A stretch of DNA of 59,683 nucleotides, taken from contig MFPR01000024.1 of NCBI GenBank assembly GCA_001784175.1, positions 1 through 59,683 on the forward strand. Direction: 5' to 3'. The stretch is from Candidatus Lindowbacteria bacterium RIFCSPLOWO2_12_FULL_62_27 (GTDB taxonomy: Bacteria > Lindowbacteria > 2-12-FULL-62-27). Positions within the stretch are counted from its first letter, which is position 1; each line of letters begins with the position of its first letter. The position numbers and the translations under genes are program-made. Below, piece after piece: positions 28,770 to 37,787 of this stretch. The notes beneath the pieces were generated by a model, which was given only the letters and a program-made list of their open reading frames with translations, searched no databases and was not told where the DNA came from.

Positions 28770-30355
28770 GGCAAACTCCTTTCCAGCACGTTGGCTGAAT
28801 ATCGATAGAGTGCGGCGCGAGCGTCACCCGTGTCCGACCAGCAGGTGGCCGGGGATTTCTGCTTGAGGCAGAGCTGGGAGAGGAAATCGGCGGCGTTCGG
28901 AATCTCATGCCACACTTCCGGAAGAAACGTCGACTGCCGGCCCTGATAGATGAGAATCACGCCGTCTTTGTTCGGCCGCAGGACCGTCAGGTACTCCCGG
29001 GGGTCGTTGACGTAGACACGCTGAGGATATTCCAGGACCGAAATGGAGACGGTCAGCCGGTCCAGCTCCTCCGGCGTGACGGGAGAAAACCGGACATCGT
29101 GGACCGCCGCGTCCACGGCATGGGCCCGCACATCCTCGTACAAGGACGTGCGCGGAAGGAGACTGCCGATACAGCCTCGCAGTCGGCCGGCCTTTTTGAG
29201 CGTCACGAACGCGCCTCGTGGGATGCGGAACACCGGATGGCGCTCCACGAGGCCGGGGTCATGTGGCGTCTGGCCGGTCCGGACGTATTCCTCCGCCGCG
29301 CGGCGGGCGAAGGCGAGCAGGTCGCGCTGTTCCTGCTCGGAAAAATCCAGAGGCTCGTGAAAGACGATGGAGGCGTACCCGACGACGCGATTCTTGTCGG
29401 CGCCGACGTCGCCGGAATTTCGATACATGAGAAAGGTCGGATCCCAGCCGCGCCGCGCGGCGAGGAAGAGCATCGCCAGCAGAACCTGGTTGCCGTCCGT
29501 GACGGCGCGCCGGAGCTGCGCATCGTCGCGGCTCATGATGGCCTGAATGGTGAAGTGGTCGAGGTTCCGCGCCTCTTCATACTTGTAATAATGCGACAGA
29601 TCGACGCTGAACACAAACAGCGTCTCGGGGTCGGCGTAGCGGTCAAAGATTTCCGCCAGGCGCTGCACGGCCGGCAAATCCATGCCGCCGGCGATCAAGG
29701 GCACGATGGAAAAATCGCCGCGACGCAGGCGGTGGAGATACGGCAGCTCAACTTCAATCATGTGCATCCCGTGCGCGCGGGGTTCGTCGACAAAGAGGGG
29801 GTCGGACTTCAGCTCATCGACGACGGCCGAGATCGGGATTTCGGCGCCGGGGACGGCGTAGTGCGATTCGCGCGGGATCGAGACGCCGTTGAAATGGACG
29901 TCGCCGCTGTGATTGGAGGCGAGAATGAAGACGCGCTTGAAAGGCATGCCGATTTCCCGGAATGACGCGGCCGCCACTTCCGCGCTGAACACGTAACCCG
30001 CGTGCGGCACAAGAACCGCGCGCGCGCCCCGAATGCCGACCGGCGGCGACGCCGACAGGGTCCGGTCGACGAACTCGTACAGTTCGGCGGTGTCGGCCGG
30101 ATAGAATTGCCCGGCGACCGCCGGCGGCCGGACGATGCGCGGGCCGGCGCGGAGCGCGAGGGGGAGGGGCAAGGGTGCGGGCGGGGATACGGGTGCAGGT
30201 GGGGGCACAGGCGAGGGCGAGGCCGAGGGCGCAGTCGGCAGGCCGTCGGCCCAATTTGCCGGCCAGCCTTGCCCGGACGACGCGGCCAGCGTCAAGGCCG
30301 CGGATATCGCCAGAAGGCCGGTCAGGTCGACGACGAGCCGAGGGGCCGGACTCAC
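28766..30355 (-). CDS. amrB: AmmeMemoRadiSam protein B (Memo) - protein A (AMMECR1) fusion with an N-terminal signal/TM segment and Pro-rich linker
   Basis: [21 protein letters not shown] and VVGYAS, then GAFVTL..LRGCIG and TFLPEVW; GTG start overlaps the amrS stop. Confidence 0.88.
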   Translation of the reverse strand: MSPAPRLVVDLTGLLAISAALTLAASSGQGWPANWADGLPTAPSASPSPVPPPAPVSPPAPLPLPLALRAGPRIVRPPAVAGQFYPADTAELYEFVDRTLSASPPVGIRGARAVLVPHAGYVFSAEVAAASFREIGMPFKRVFILASNHSGDVHFNGVSIPRESHYAVPGAEIPISAVVDELKSDPLFVDEPRAHGMHMIEVELPYLHRLRRGDFSIVPLIAGGMDLPAVQRLAEIFDRYADPETLFVFSVDLSHYYKYEEARNLDHFTIQAIMSRDDAQLRRAVTDGNQVLLAMLFLAARRGWDPTFLMYRNSGDVGADKNRVVGYASIVFHEPLDFSEQEQRDLLAFARRAAEEYVRTGQTPHDPGLVERHPVFRIPRGAFVTLKKAGRLRGCIGSLLPRTSLYEDVRAHAVDAAVHDVRFSPVTPEELDRLTVSISVLEYPQRVYVNDPREYLTVLRPNKDGVILIYQGRQSTFLPEVWHEIPNAADFLSQLCLKQKSPATCWSDTGDARAALYRYSANVLERSLP

Positions 30356-31509
30356 GCCCACACCCCCGGGATTTTTTCGCCGCAGGCGCACCGGCCTTTG
30401 TCCAGCAGGAATTTCTTGATGAAAAACCCATCGCGCTCGATCGCGGTCTCTTTGCAGCCCGGGCAGACCGTATTCTGCGTCGGGTGGCCCGGCACGTTGC
30501 CGACGTAGACGAAATGCAGGCCCGCCTCGAGCGCGACGTCGCGCGCGCGCTCCAGAATGTCGGTCGGCGTCGGCGGAAGGTTCTGGAGCTTGTGCGCGGG
30601 ATGGAATCGCAAAAAGTGCAGCGGCGTGCCCGGACCGAGCGCCTGAACGATCCACTTGCACATCCGGCGGATGTCTTCGATGTCGTCCGAATGGGTGGGT
30701 ACGACCAGCCGGGAGACTTCGATCCACATGCCCTCCTCGCGCATGACTTCCAGGCAGCGCAGGACAGGCGCAAGCTTGGAGCCGGTAAGTTTGATGTAGA
30801 GCCGGTCGTTGAACCCTTTCAGGTCGAGTGTGGCCGCGTCCACGACGCGACAGAGTTCGCGGAGCGGTTTTTCGGAAATGAATCCGGCGGTCACGAGGAC
30901 GTTGCGAATCCCGCGCTCTTTCGCCAGCGCCGAGGAGTCGCGCACGTACTCGTAATAGATGATGGGCTCGGAATAGGTGTAGGCGATGGACCCAACGTTG
31001 CGCCGGGCGGTGGCGTCGACCAGCGCCGCCGGCGGGACGTCCATGTTCTGCGTGGTTTCCGGTTTGGCTTGCGAGATTTCCCAGTTCTGGCAGTTGGGAC
31101 ACCGCAGATTGCATCCGGCGGTGGCGAGGGACAGAATGGCCGAGCCGGGAAGGAAATGGTAGAGAGGCTTTTTTTCCATGGGATCGATATGGATCGTGCA
31201 GGGATTGCCGTAGACGAGCGTGTGGAGTTTTCCGTTCTTGACGACGCGGACCCGGCAAAATCCCCGGTCGTTCTCGCCGAGGATGCACTCGTGCGGACAC
31301 AGGACGCAACGGACCATTTCGCCGCGCGATTCGTACCACGCGGCCTCCCGGGACCATTTCCAGAGTTCGGCGGGCGCGTCGTTTCGAAATCCGACGCGCA
31401 GGCCGCCGCCGGCGTTGTCTTCGACAAAAAAATCGTGGACCGCATGGGCGCCCAGCGCCGCACTGCAGCCGCCCATCACGCATCGCTTGATGAATTTGCG
31501 CCGGTCCAT
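30352..31509 (-). CDS. amrS: AmmeMemoRadiSam radical SAM enzyme with a twin-arginine signal
   Basis: MDRRKFIK leader; CVLCPHEC, DPMEKKPLYHF, CNLRCPNCQNW and YTYSEP motifs. Confidence 0.92.
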   Translation of the reverse strand: MDRRKFIKRCVMGGCSAALGAHAVHDFFVEDNAGGGLRVGFRNDAPAELWKWSREAAWYESRGEMVRCVLCPHECILGENDRGFCRVRVVKNGKLHTLVYGNPCTIHIDPMEKKPLYHFLPGSAILSLATAGCNLRCPNCQNWEISQAKPETTQNMDVPPAALVDATARRNVGSIAYTYSEPIIYYEYVRDSSALAKERGIRNVLVTAGFISEKPLRELCRVVDAATLDLKGFNDRLYIKLTGSKLAPVLRCLEVMREEGMWIEVSRLVVPTHSDDIEDIRRMCKWIVQALGPGTPLHFLRFHPAHKLQNLPPTPTDILERARDVALEAGLHFVYVGNVPGHPTQNTVCPGCKETAIERDGFFIKKFLLDKGRCACGEKIPGVWA

Positions 31510-31517
31510 GCCCGCCC

Positions 31518-34433
31518 TCAGCCGCGCCCCGCACGATCGAGCTTCAACATCAAATCAGAAAATGTTCCGACCGGGCAAAGCGATTCGCAAAACGCGCGGC
31601 GCAGCCGCCAGGCCAGCACAATCAGAACCGCCGCCGTCGCCAGAACCGCCGCGCTGACGCCAAAGGCGTTCAGGTAGAAGAACGCGTACCAGTCGGCCGC
31701 CGCCGGCGGCTCGGCAAGATCATGCTTCAGCATGAAATAGGCCGCCGCCGTGAAAATCAGAACGGCGATCGCGGTCACGCGAAACACGATCGGCCGGCGC
31801 GCGGGCTTGCCGCCGGTTCGCGCCTGGCAATCGTAGAATGTGCCGATCGGGCACGCGTGGTAGCACCAGTGGCGCTTTTCGAGGTTCATAATAAGCGCGG
31901 CCGGAACGAGCCATGGGCGCAAAAATCCGAAGACACATTTTCGCGGGCAGACGTGACAGAAGAGGTACGGGATTTTGAAATAGCATCTGAAAATCGGGTA
32001 GAAGACAGCCAGCGAGAACGCGGCGAAATGGATCCAGCGCATCGGATGCATTCCGCTTCTCCTCCAGGCGGCGCCGAAATCGAATTCCATCGCCCGGATC
32101 AGGCCCACGGCCAGAAGCGCAAGGAGCGCCCAGTGATAGGCGGGAACGAACGAGACGGCGTAAACGCCCGCGGCTGTTTCCTCCAGCACGATCAACAGAC
32201 CAATGGCCGCGAAGACGAAGCCCGCGACGGCGAAGGGGGCAACGGCGCCCGTGTCCCGAACGACTTCGGCCTGCGATTCCGCAGGCGCCCCGCGGCGCAG
32301 TCGCAGCGCGACGGCGCTCGCCAGTTTGACGCCGCCGAGACAATAGCAGGCGCCGGCGATTCCGATGAGCGGAATCAGAAGGGCGCTGATGACGATGGAT
32401 CCGAACGCGGCGCCCAGAAGATCGACAGCGTAGAGGCGTCCAAAGGTTTTCTCGGCGCCCTGGAACGTCGCCTTCGCCGCAAGGGGAAACTGCGCGCCCC
32501 CAAGAAATCCCGTCACGCCGGTCAGGACGGGGAATATCACCGGCGGCCCGCCGGCCGCGATCAAGGGATGATCCACCGCCCGCAGCGCCTCCAGTGCCGG
32601 CGCCAGAACAAACGCGAACACGGCCAACAGGCCATCCAAGCGCGCGAGCCGTGCGCGCGGATCGCCGGCCCTTCGCGCGGACCACGCCGCGCCGGCGGCC
32701 GAGCCGATCATGAACGCCGTCACGATCAAGCCGATCTGCCGGTACGCGTATCCATAACAGATTTGAAACGCGACGATCAGCACGATCTCGATTCCCATCC
32801 CGGCGAATCCCGTCGCCGAAATCGCCGCCGACACCGGACGGTCCGGCGACGCCCGCACGAGCGCGGCGATCCCGATCCCGATGACAAGCACGAGCAGCCC
32901 GGGCGCGGCCATGCCGCCGCCGAAATGGCCGAGCCAGTACCGCAGATGGGCATGGACGCCGGTCGGATAAAAGTCGCGGTTGAGATCGACCGTGTCGGAG
33001 ACACTCTCTTTTGCCTCGCGGATGCGCTCCTCCGTCAGTTTCGCCGTCAGGTAGCTCCGGTGGACGTAGCGGGTCTCGATTCGCCTCTCTTCAAGACGCG
33101 CGGCGATGTTGTAATCGAGCGGTTCGTCGGAGGCCAGAAAATAGCGGCGCGCGCCGGGAATCACGAGAACGTGTTTGAACACAGAGGCGCAGGACCGGTA
33201 AACGGACGAGGCCAGACGGCGCATCTCCGGGCCCGCGTAATTTTCCGAGCCGCTCAGCCTGAAACTGAGCGCGCCTCCGGGACGGAGCGCCCGTTTGGCC
33301 TCCGCGAAAAATTCCGCCGTGTAATACCGGTTGATCTGCGCGTTCGAGGGATCGGGCATGTCCATCAGGATGGCGTCGTATCTTCCCCGGGCGCGCCGGA
33401 GAAATCGCCGGGCGTCTTCGGAAATCATCACGACCCTTGGATCCTTCTCGGGCGCTGATATTTTTCGCACCACCGCCAGGACCTCCGGATCAAGTTCCAC
33501 CTGGTCGATGCGGGCGAGCGGATACTTCGCCGCCTCGCGGATGGCGCCGGTCAGCGCGCCCGACACGAGAAGGACGTGTTTTGCCGCCGGGCGCTGGGCG
33601 AGCGCGTAATGCACGGTTTCTTCCGCCGCGACAAAGTCCTGGGTCGATCCGACCGGCACGCCGTTTTCGTAGACGTTGATCTGGGTTTCCTGCCGGGTCA
33701 CGGCCAGCGTGCCGTAGGGCGTGGACCGCTCGTGCAAAAGTTCCTGGCCGGGATACAGGGCGCGCGCGGTCAGGCGCTCGACGTCGATGTTCCAGAACGC
33801 GGCCAGCGCGACGATCAGCGCGGCCAGGACGACAACGCCGAGCGCGGGCCGGCCGGCGGTCATCGCGAGCAGAACGGCCGACAGCAGACTGAGAACCATC
33901 ACGAACGTGAGAGATTGAAACGGCGAGAAATAATGGACGAGACAGAAACTGAACAACAGGCCACCCACGACGTATCCGAGCGTGTCGAGCACAAAGACAT
34001 GGCCGATCTTCGCGGCGCCCTCCCGGTCGGCCACGAGCCCGCCGAATCGCGTCAGCAGAAATCCCGAAAGCAGGCAACACGGCGCGAGAAGCGCGATCGA
34101 CACGATCGTCGCCGCGCCGATGCCCGGCTGAATTCCCTGAAGGAAAAATTGCTTGACGAGCCGGATGGCGACGAGGAGCGCAGGAGACAGAAGGGCCGAC
34201 GCCGCCTGGCAGAGAATGATCTTCCGAACCGGGCTGACCGCCGGGCCGGGCCGGCGGCCGAGGAAACTGCCGAGACCCGTCAGCAGCATCCAGTTGCCCA
34301 ACATGACGCCGATGACAAGCTCGTTGCCGGCAAAGAGGGTCAGAAATTCCCGGAGCGCGATCACCTGCGTCACGAACGCGGTTATGCCGAGGCTGGCGAC
34401 GCCAAGCCGCACGGAGCGCTGCATCGGCGCCAC
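31518..34433 (-). CDS. Multi-TM spermidine-synthase-like protein fused to a C-terminal 4Fe-4S membrane domain
   Basis: TM blocks flank VELDP, EDARRFL and DMPDP; C-terminal CHVCPRKC, CYHACPIG and CESLCPVG. Confidence 0.85.
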   Translation of the reverse strand: MAPMQRSVRLGVASLGITAFVTQVIALREFLTLFAGNELVIGVMLGNWMLLTGLGSFLGRRPGPAVSPVRKIILCQAASALLSPALLVAIRLVKQFFLQGIQPGIGAATIVSIALLAPCCLLSGFLLTRFGGLVADREGAAKIGHVFVLDTLGYVVGGLLFSFCLVHYFSPFQSLTFVMVLSLLSAVLLAMTAGRPALGVVVLAALIVALAAFWNIDVERLTARALYPGQELLHERSTPYGTLAVTRQETQINVYENGVPVGSTQDFVAAEETVHYALAQRPAAKHVLLVSGALTGAIREAAKYPLARIDQVELDPEVLAVVRKISAPEKDPRVVMISEDARRFLRRARGRYDAILMDMPDPSNAQINRYYTAEFFAEAKRALRPGGALSFRLSGSENYAGPEMRRLASSVYRSCASVFKHVLVIPGARRYFLASDEPLDYNIAARLEERRIETRYVHRSYLTAKLTEERIREAKESVSDTVDLNRDFYPTGVHAHLRYWLGHFGGGMAAPGLLVLVIGIGIAALVRASPDRPVSAAISATGFAGMGIEIVLIVAFQICYGYAYRQIGLIVTAFMIGSAAGAAWSARRAGDPRARLARLDGLLAVFAFVLAPALEALRAVDHPLIAAGGPPVIFPVLTGVTGFLGGAQFPLAAKATFQGAEKTFGRLYAVDLLGAAFGSIVISALLIPLIGIAGACYCLGGVKLASAVALRLRRGAPAESQAEVVRDTGAVAPFAVAGFVFAAIGLLIVLEETAAGVYAVSFVPAYHWALLALLAVGLIRAMEFDFGAAWRRSGMHPMRWIHFAAFSLAVFYPIFRCYFKIPYLFCHVCPRKCVFGFLRPWLVPAALIMNLEKRHWCYHACPIGTFYDCQARTGGKPARRPIVFRVTAIAVLIFTAAAYFMLKHDLAEPPAAADWYAFFYLNAFGVSAAVLATAAVLIVLAWRLRRAFCESLCPVGTFSDLMLKLDRAGRG

Positions 34434-34473
34434 TGTCTCCGATCAGGGAGAATCTGTCAAGCGAGGAGGGGGG

Positions 34474-36030
34474 TTACTCCAAACCGAATTCCTCGATCAT
34501 GCGCCGAAGCGTGTGGCGGTGCACCCCCAGAATTTCCGCGGCCTTGCCCCGGTGCCAGCGCGTTTGCTGGAGAACTTCGAGGACGTGCTGCCGCGTGAGA
34601 TGTTTGAGGCTCGAGGGGGCCGCGGGCGGCGGCATGGATGTCAGCCGCCCCTGCCCTCCGTCCGACAGGGATGTCGGACGCTCCGGCGGGGGCGGCGACA
34701 CGGAGGCGGAGGCGGGTTTCTGGCCGCGCGTCGACTCGAGCTTGTAGGGAATGTGTTCGGCGTGGACGATGTTCGACGTCGTCGTCAGCACCATGCGCTC
34801 CACGCAGTTGGCCAGCTCCCGGACGTTGCCCGGCCAGTCGTAGGTCTGGAAAATTTCGATCACCTTCGGCACGGCGAACTTGACGTCCCGGTTGTGTTTT
34901 TTGTTGAAGACCTTGATGAAATAATCGACCAGAAGCGGAATGTCCTCCTTGCGGTCGCGCACCGGCGGGAGCGTGAACGAGAACACGTTGATCCGGTAAT
35001 AGAGGTCGGTGCGGAACCGGCCCTCCGCCATCTCCTTTTCGAGGTTGCGGTTCGTCGCCGCGATCAGCCGCACGTCGGTCTTCAGGGTCTGCCGCCCGCC
35101 CAGGCGCTCGAATTTGCCGTCCTGCAAAACCCTGAGAAGTTTGATCTGAATGGGAATCGGCATGTCCCCGATCTCGTCCAGAAAGAGCGTGCCGCCGTTG
35201 GCCAGCTCGAACCGGCCCTGCGTCTGGGCGTAGGCGCCCGTGAACGCGCCCTTTTCGTAGCCGAACATCTCGCTCTCGAGCAGCGTTTCCGGGATCGCCG
35301 CGCAACTGACTTTGATGAAAGGCTTGTCCTTCCGCCGGCTGTTCTGGTGGATCACGTTCGCGAAATTTTCCTTGCCGGTGCCGGTCTCGCCCAGAAGCAG
35401 AATGTTGGCGTCGGTGCGGGCGGCGTGACGGACCTGCGTGAAGAGCTGCTGAATGACCAGGGACTCGCCGATCACCGCGATCTCGCGGCTGTACGGAAAA
35501 CCGGGCTCCTCTTCCAGGTCCGGATACTCCGTCGCGAGGCCGGTCGGCGCGTGATACCGGTTGAATTCCTCCCGGCCCATCCCGTAGTGCCGGCAGAGGG
35601 CATCGATCGTCTGTTCCTTGTCGGACAGCGCCAGATCCACCGACTTGTCCAGAAAATACGAAAGATCCTCCAGCACCGTCCGGCTGATGAATCGGGGATG
35701 ATGGGTCGCGAGGACAATTTCTTTTGAGGTCTCCTCCAGCGGCAGGATCACGTACTTGCAGGCCAGCTTCGCAGGAATTCGTTTGAGAACTGCCTTGGGA
35801 ACTTCGGCCTCATTCACATTCACATAGCGCAACCCGTATTGCATCGCATACGCCATCTGGACCTGCTTGTAGGTCGCAACGCCCATCTCTTCCAAAATGG
35901 CGCCGAGCAATTTGTAGGGAGTGGCAGCCTGATTTTCCAGCGCCGCCTTAAGCTGGTCCTTCGTTATAATCTTCTGATCAACAAGAATTTGTCCGATCTG
36001 GTCTTTTTTGTCGATCTTCATGGGCCACAT
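34474..36030 (-). CDS. Sigma54 enhancer-binding protein with an N-terminal MshEN/GspE-N domain
   Basis: IGQILV...QLKAALENQ...LLGAIL; GETGTGKE, GAFTGA, FLDEIG, WPGNVREL and a C-terminal HTH. Confidence 0.9.
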   Translation of the reverse strand: MWPMKIDKKDQIGQILVDQKIITKDQLKAALENQAATPYKLLGAILEEMGVATYKQVQMAYAMQYGLRYVNVNEAEVPKAVLKRIPAKLACKYVILPLEETSKEIVLATHHPRFISRTVLEDLSYFLDKSVDLALSDKEQTIDALCRHYGMGREEFNRYHAPTGLATEYPDLEEEPGFPYSREIAVIGESLVIQQLFTQVRHAARTDANILLLGETGTGKENFANVIHQNSRRKDKPFIKVSCAAIPETLLESEMFGYEKGAFTGAYAQTQGRFELANGGTLFLDEIGDMPIPIQIKLLRVLQDGKFERLGGRQTLKTDVRLIAATNRNLEKEMAEGRFRTDLYYRINVFSFTLPPVRDRKEDIPLLVDYFIKVFNKKHNRDVKFAVPKVIEIFQTYDWPGNVRELANCVERMVLTTTSNIVHAEHIPYKLESTRGQKPASASVSPPPPERPTSLSDGGQGRLTSMPPPAAPSSLKHLTRQHVLEVLQQTRWHRGKAAEILGVHRHTLRRMIEEFGLE

Positions 36031-36231
36031 CCTTTGTAAATTTTGGATAAGCCTTGTACAATCCTGACAAGATGTATGTCCTTATTGTATAGTATTTGTC
36101 CTGTTTGTCAAATGATCCAGTAGAATTTACCAGCGGGGCTCCACAAATTAACTAACTCATAATCTAAATCTTATACATATTTTCCGCAAATGGGCCCACG
36201 GCGGTACTCTAATTGCAATACTATAATTAAT

Positions 36232-37293
36232 ATGAAAACAAACGAAACGGCAAACGGCAAAATGAAGATCGGCACAGCGGTGGTTCTGGTGATTGCGATT
36301 GTTTTGGCGGCCGGCTTCCAGCCGGTTTCGGCGCAGGTGATGACCGCCAATGGATTCAAGGTCTACTTCAACACGCCTCCCGCATCCAACTACATCGACA
36401 ACCGCGTTGTGGACCTCATCAATTCCTCCACGAGCTACTGCTACGTCGCCGTCTATGCCTTCAACCGGGCCAGCATCAAGACCGCCCTGATCAACGCCAA
36501 AAATCGCGGGGTGTCGGTCAAAGTCGTCACCGAAGCCGACAACCGCAACAACGCGACCTACAAGCCCGCGTATGACGCGCTGGTGGCCGCCGGCATCACG
36601 GTCGTCAGCGACAACCGCACGGCCCTCATGCACCACAAATTCATCGTGATCGACGACATCGAAGTCCTCTCCGGCTCCTACAACATGACGGACGATCAGA
36701 CCACGGCCGACAAGAACAACGTCCTCATCATTCATTCGAGCGGCGTCGCCTCCCGCTACAAGAGCGAGTTCAACCAGATGTTCAGCGGCATCTTCGGCGC
36801 CTCCAAGGTCGACTATTCCGGATCGAACACCGTCGCCACCGCCACCGTCTACACAAAGTTCTCGCCCAAGACCGATGTGCTGGCCTCCATCAAGTCCCAC
36901 ATCGGCACCGCCAACACATCCGTCTATTTCAATATCTTCACCTTCACCGACAGGGGCGTCGCCGACGCGCTGATCGCGCGCAAGAACGCCGCCGTCACCG
37001 TCAAGGGATCCTTCGACGCATGGCAGGCGGGCCTCAGCGCCTCGCAGTACAACTACATGCTCTCGAGCGGCGTGCCGGTCAAGAAGGACACCTACACGGG
37101 ACTTCTCCACGACAAATTCATGGCCATCGACGGCGGCACCACCAGCGGCCCCCGCACCATCACCGGGTCCTTCAACTGGACCCAGGCCGCCAACACCTCC
37201 AACGACGAAAACTGCCTCGTCATCCTCGACGCCACCGTCACCAACTCCTACAAGGGCAACGCGGTTTACGTCTACACGTACAAGGCGCAGTAA
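36232..37293 (+). CDS. Secreted phospholipase D-superfamily protein (nuclease-like, two HKD motifs)
   Basis: HHKFIVID..GSYN and HDKFMAID..GSFN; signal peptide. Confidence 0.9.
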   Translation: MKTNETANGKMKIGTAVVLVIAIVLAAGFQPVSAQVMTANGFKVYFNTPPASNYIDNRVVDLINSSTSYCYVAVYAFNRASIKTALINAKNRGVSVKVVTEADNRNNATYKPAYDALVAAGITVVSDNRTALMHHKFIVIDDIEVLSGSYNMTDDQTTADKNNVLIIHSSGVASRYKSEFNQMFSGIFGASKVDYSGSNTVATATVYTKFSPKTDVLASIKSHIGTANTSVYFNIFTFTDRGVADALIARKNAAVTVKGSFDAWQAGLSASQYNYMLSSGVPVKKDTYTGLLHDKFMAIDGGTTSGPRTITGSFNWTQAANTSNDENCLVILDATVTNSYKGNAVYVYTYKAQ

Positions 37294-37321
37294 AGAATCT
37301 CCGGAGACCCTCTTTTCATCA

Positions 37322-37351
37322 CCCCTTGCAAAGGGGGGACTGAGGGGGGTT
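37322..37351 (+). repeat. Intergenic copy of the C/G-run hairpin repeat
   Basis: CCCCTT-GCA-AAGGGGGG-ACTGA-GGGGGG. Confidence 0.7.
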
Positions 37352-37400
37352 ACTGTTTTTCTCCGACCTCCATCGAAATTGTATGATTGAATAGCCTGCG

Positions 37401-37787
37401 ATGAACCGCAGGCGGGGATTTTTCTTGTGCGCGCTGGCCGCCGTAGCCGTTTGGGCCTGCGCGCAGCCGGAAAAGGAGTGGTTCGGGCTGGCAGACCGGG
37501 CGGGTAATCCGGTGAGTTCACCGGTTCGCGCGCGGGGAGAACTCTACGCCGCATACAAAACCCCGCGCGGCACCACGGACAAAATCGCCTTTGAACTCTA
37601 TTTCAAAGATGAGGCCGGCGGCTGGAAACTCATTTTTCTGAACATCCAACAATCCGACACGCCGGCGGCTCTGGTCCGTGAGCCGCTGGTCGTGGAGGAT
37701 CTTCCGCCCGGGGCCTACAAGATCGTCTTCATCCGAAACGACAAGCCCATCGGCGAAACGGTGTTCGAGTTGCTCGCGACCGAATGA
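37401..37787 (+). CDS. Hypothetical lipoprotein
   Basis: Basic N-terminus, hydrophobic stretch, VWAC lipobox; 4-nt overlap with the next gene. Confidence 0.7.
   Translation: MNRRRGFFLCALAAVAVWACAQPEKEWFGLADRAGNPVSSPVRARGELYAAYKTPRGTTDKIAFELYFKDEAGGWKLIFLNIQQSDTPAALVREPLVVEDLPPGAYKIVFIRNDKPIGETVFELLATE

Noticed and set aside
28766-31534. 922-aa ORF as a triple fusion
   Set aside because: The N-terminal ~390 aa are an alternative frame over amrS; the AmrB-A gene starts at GTG 30355
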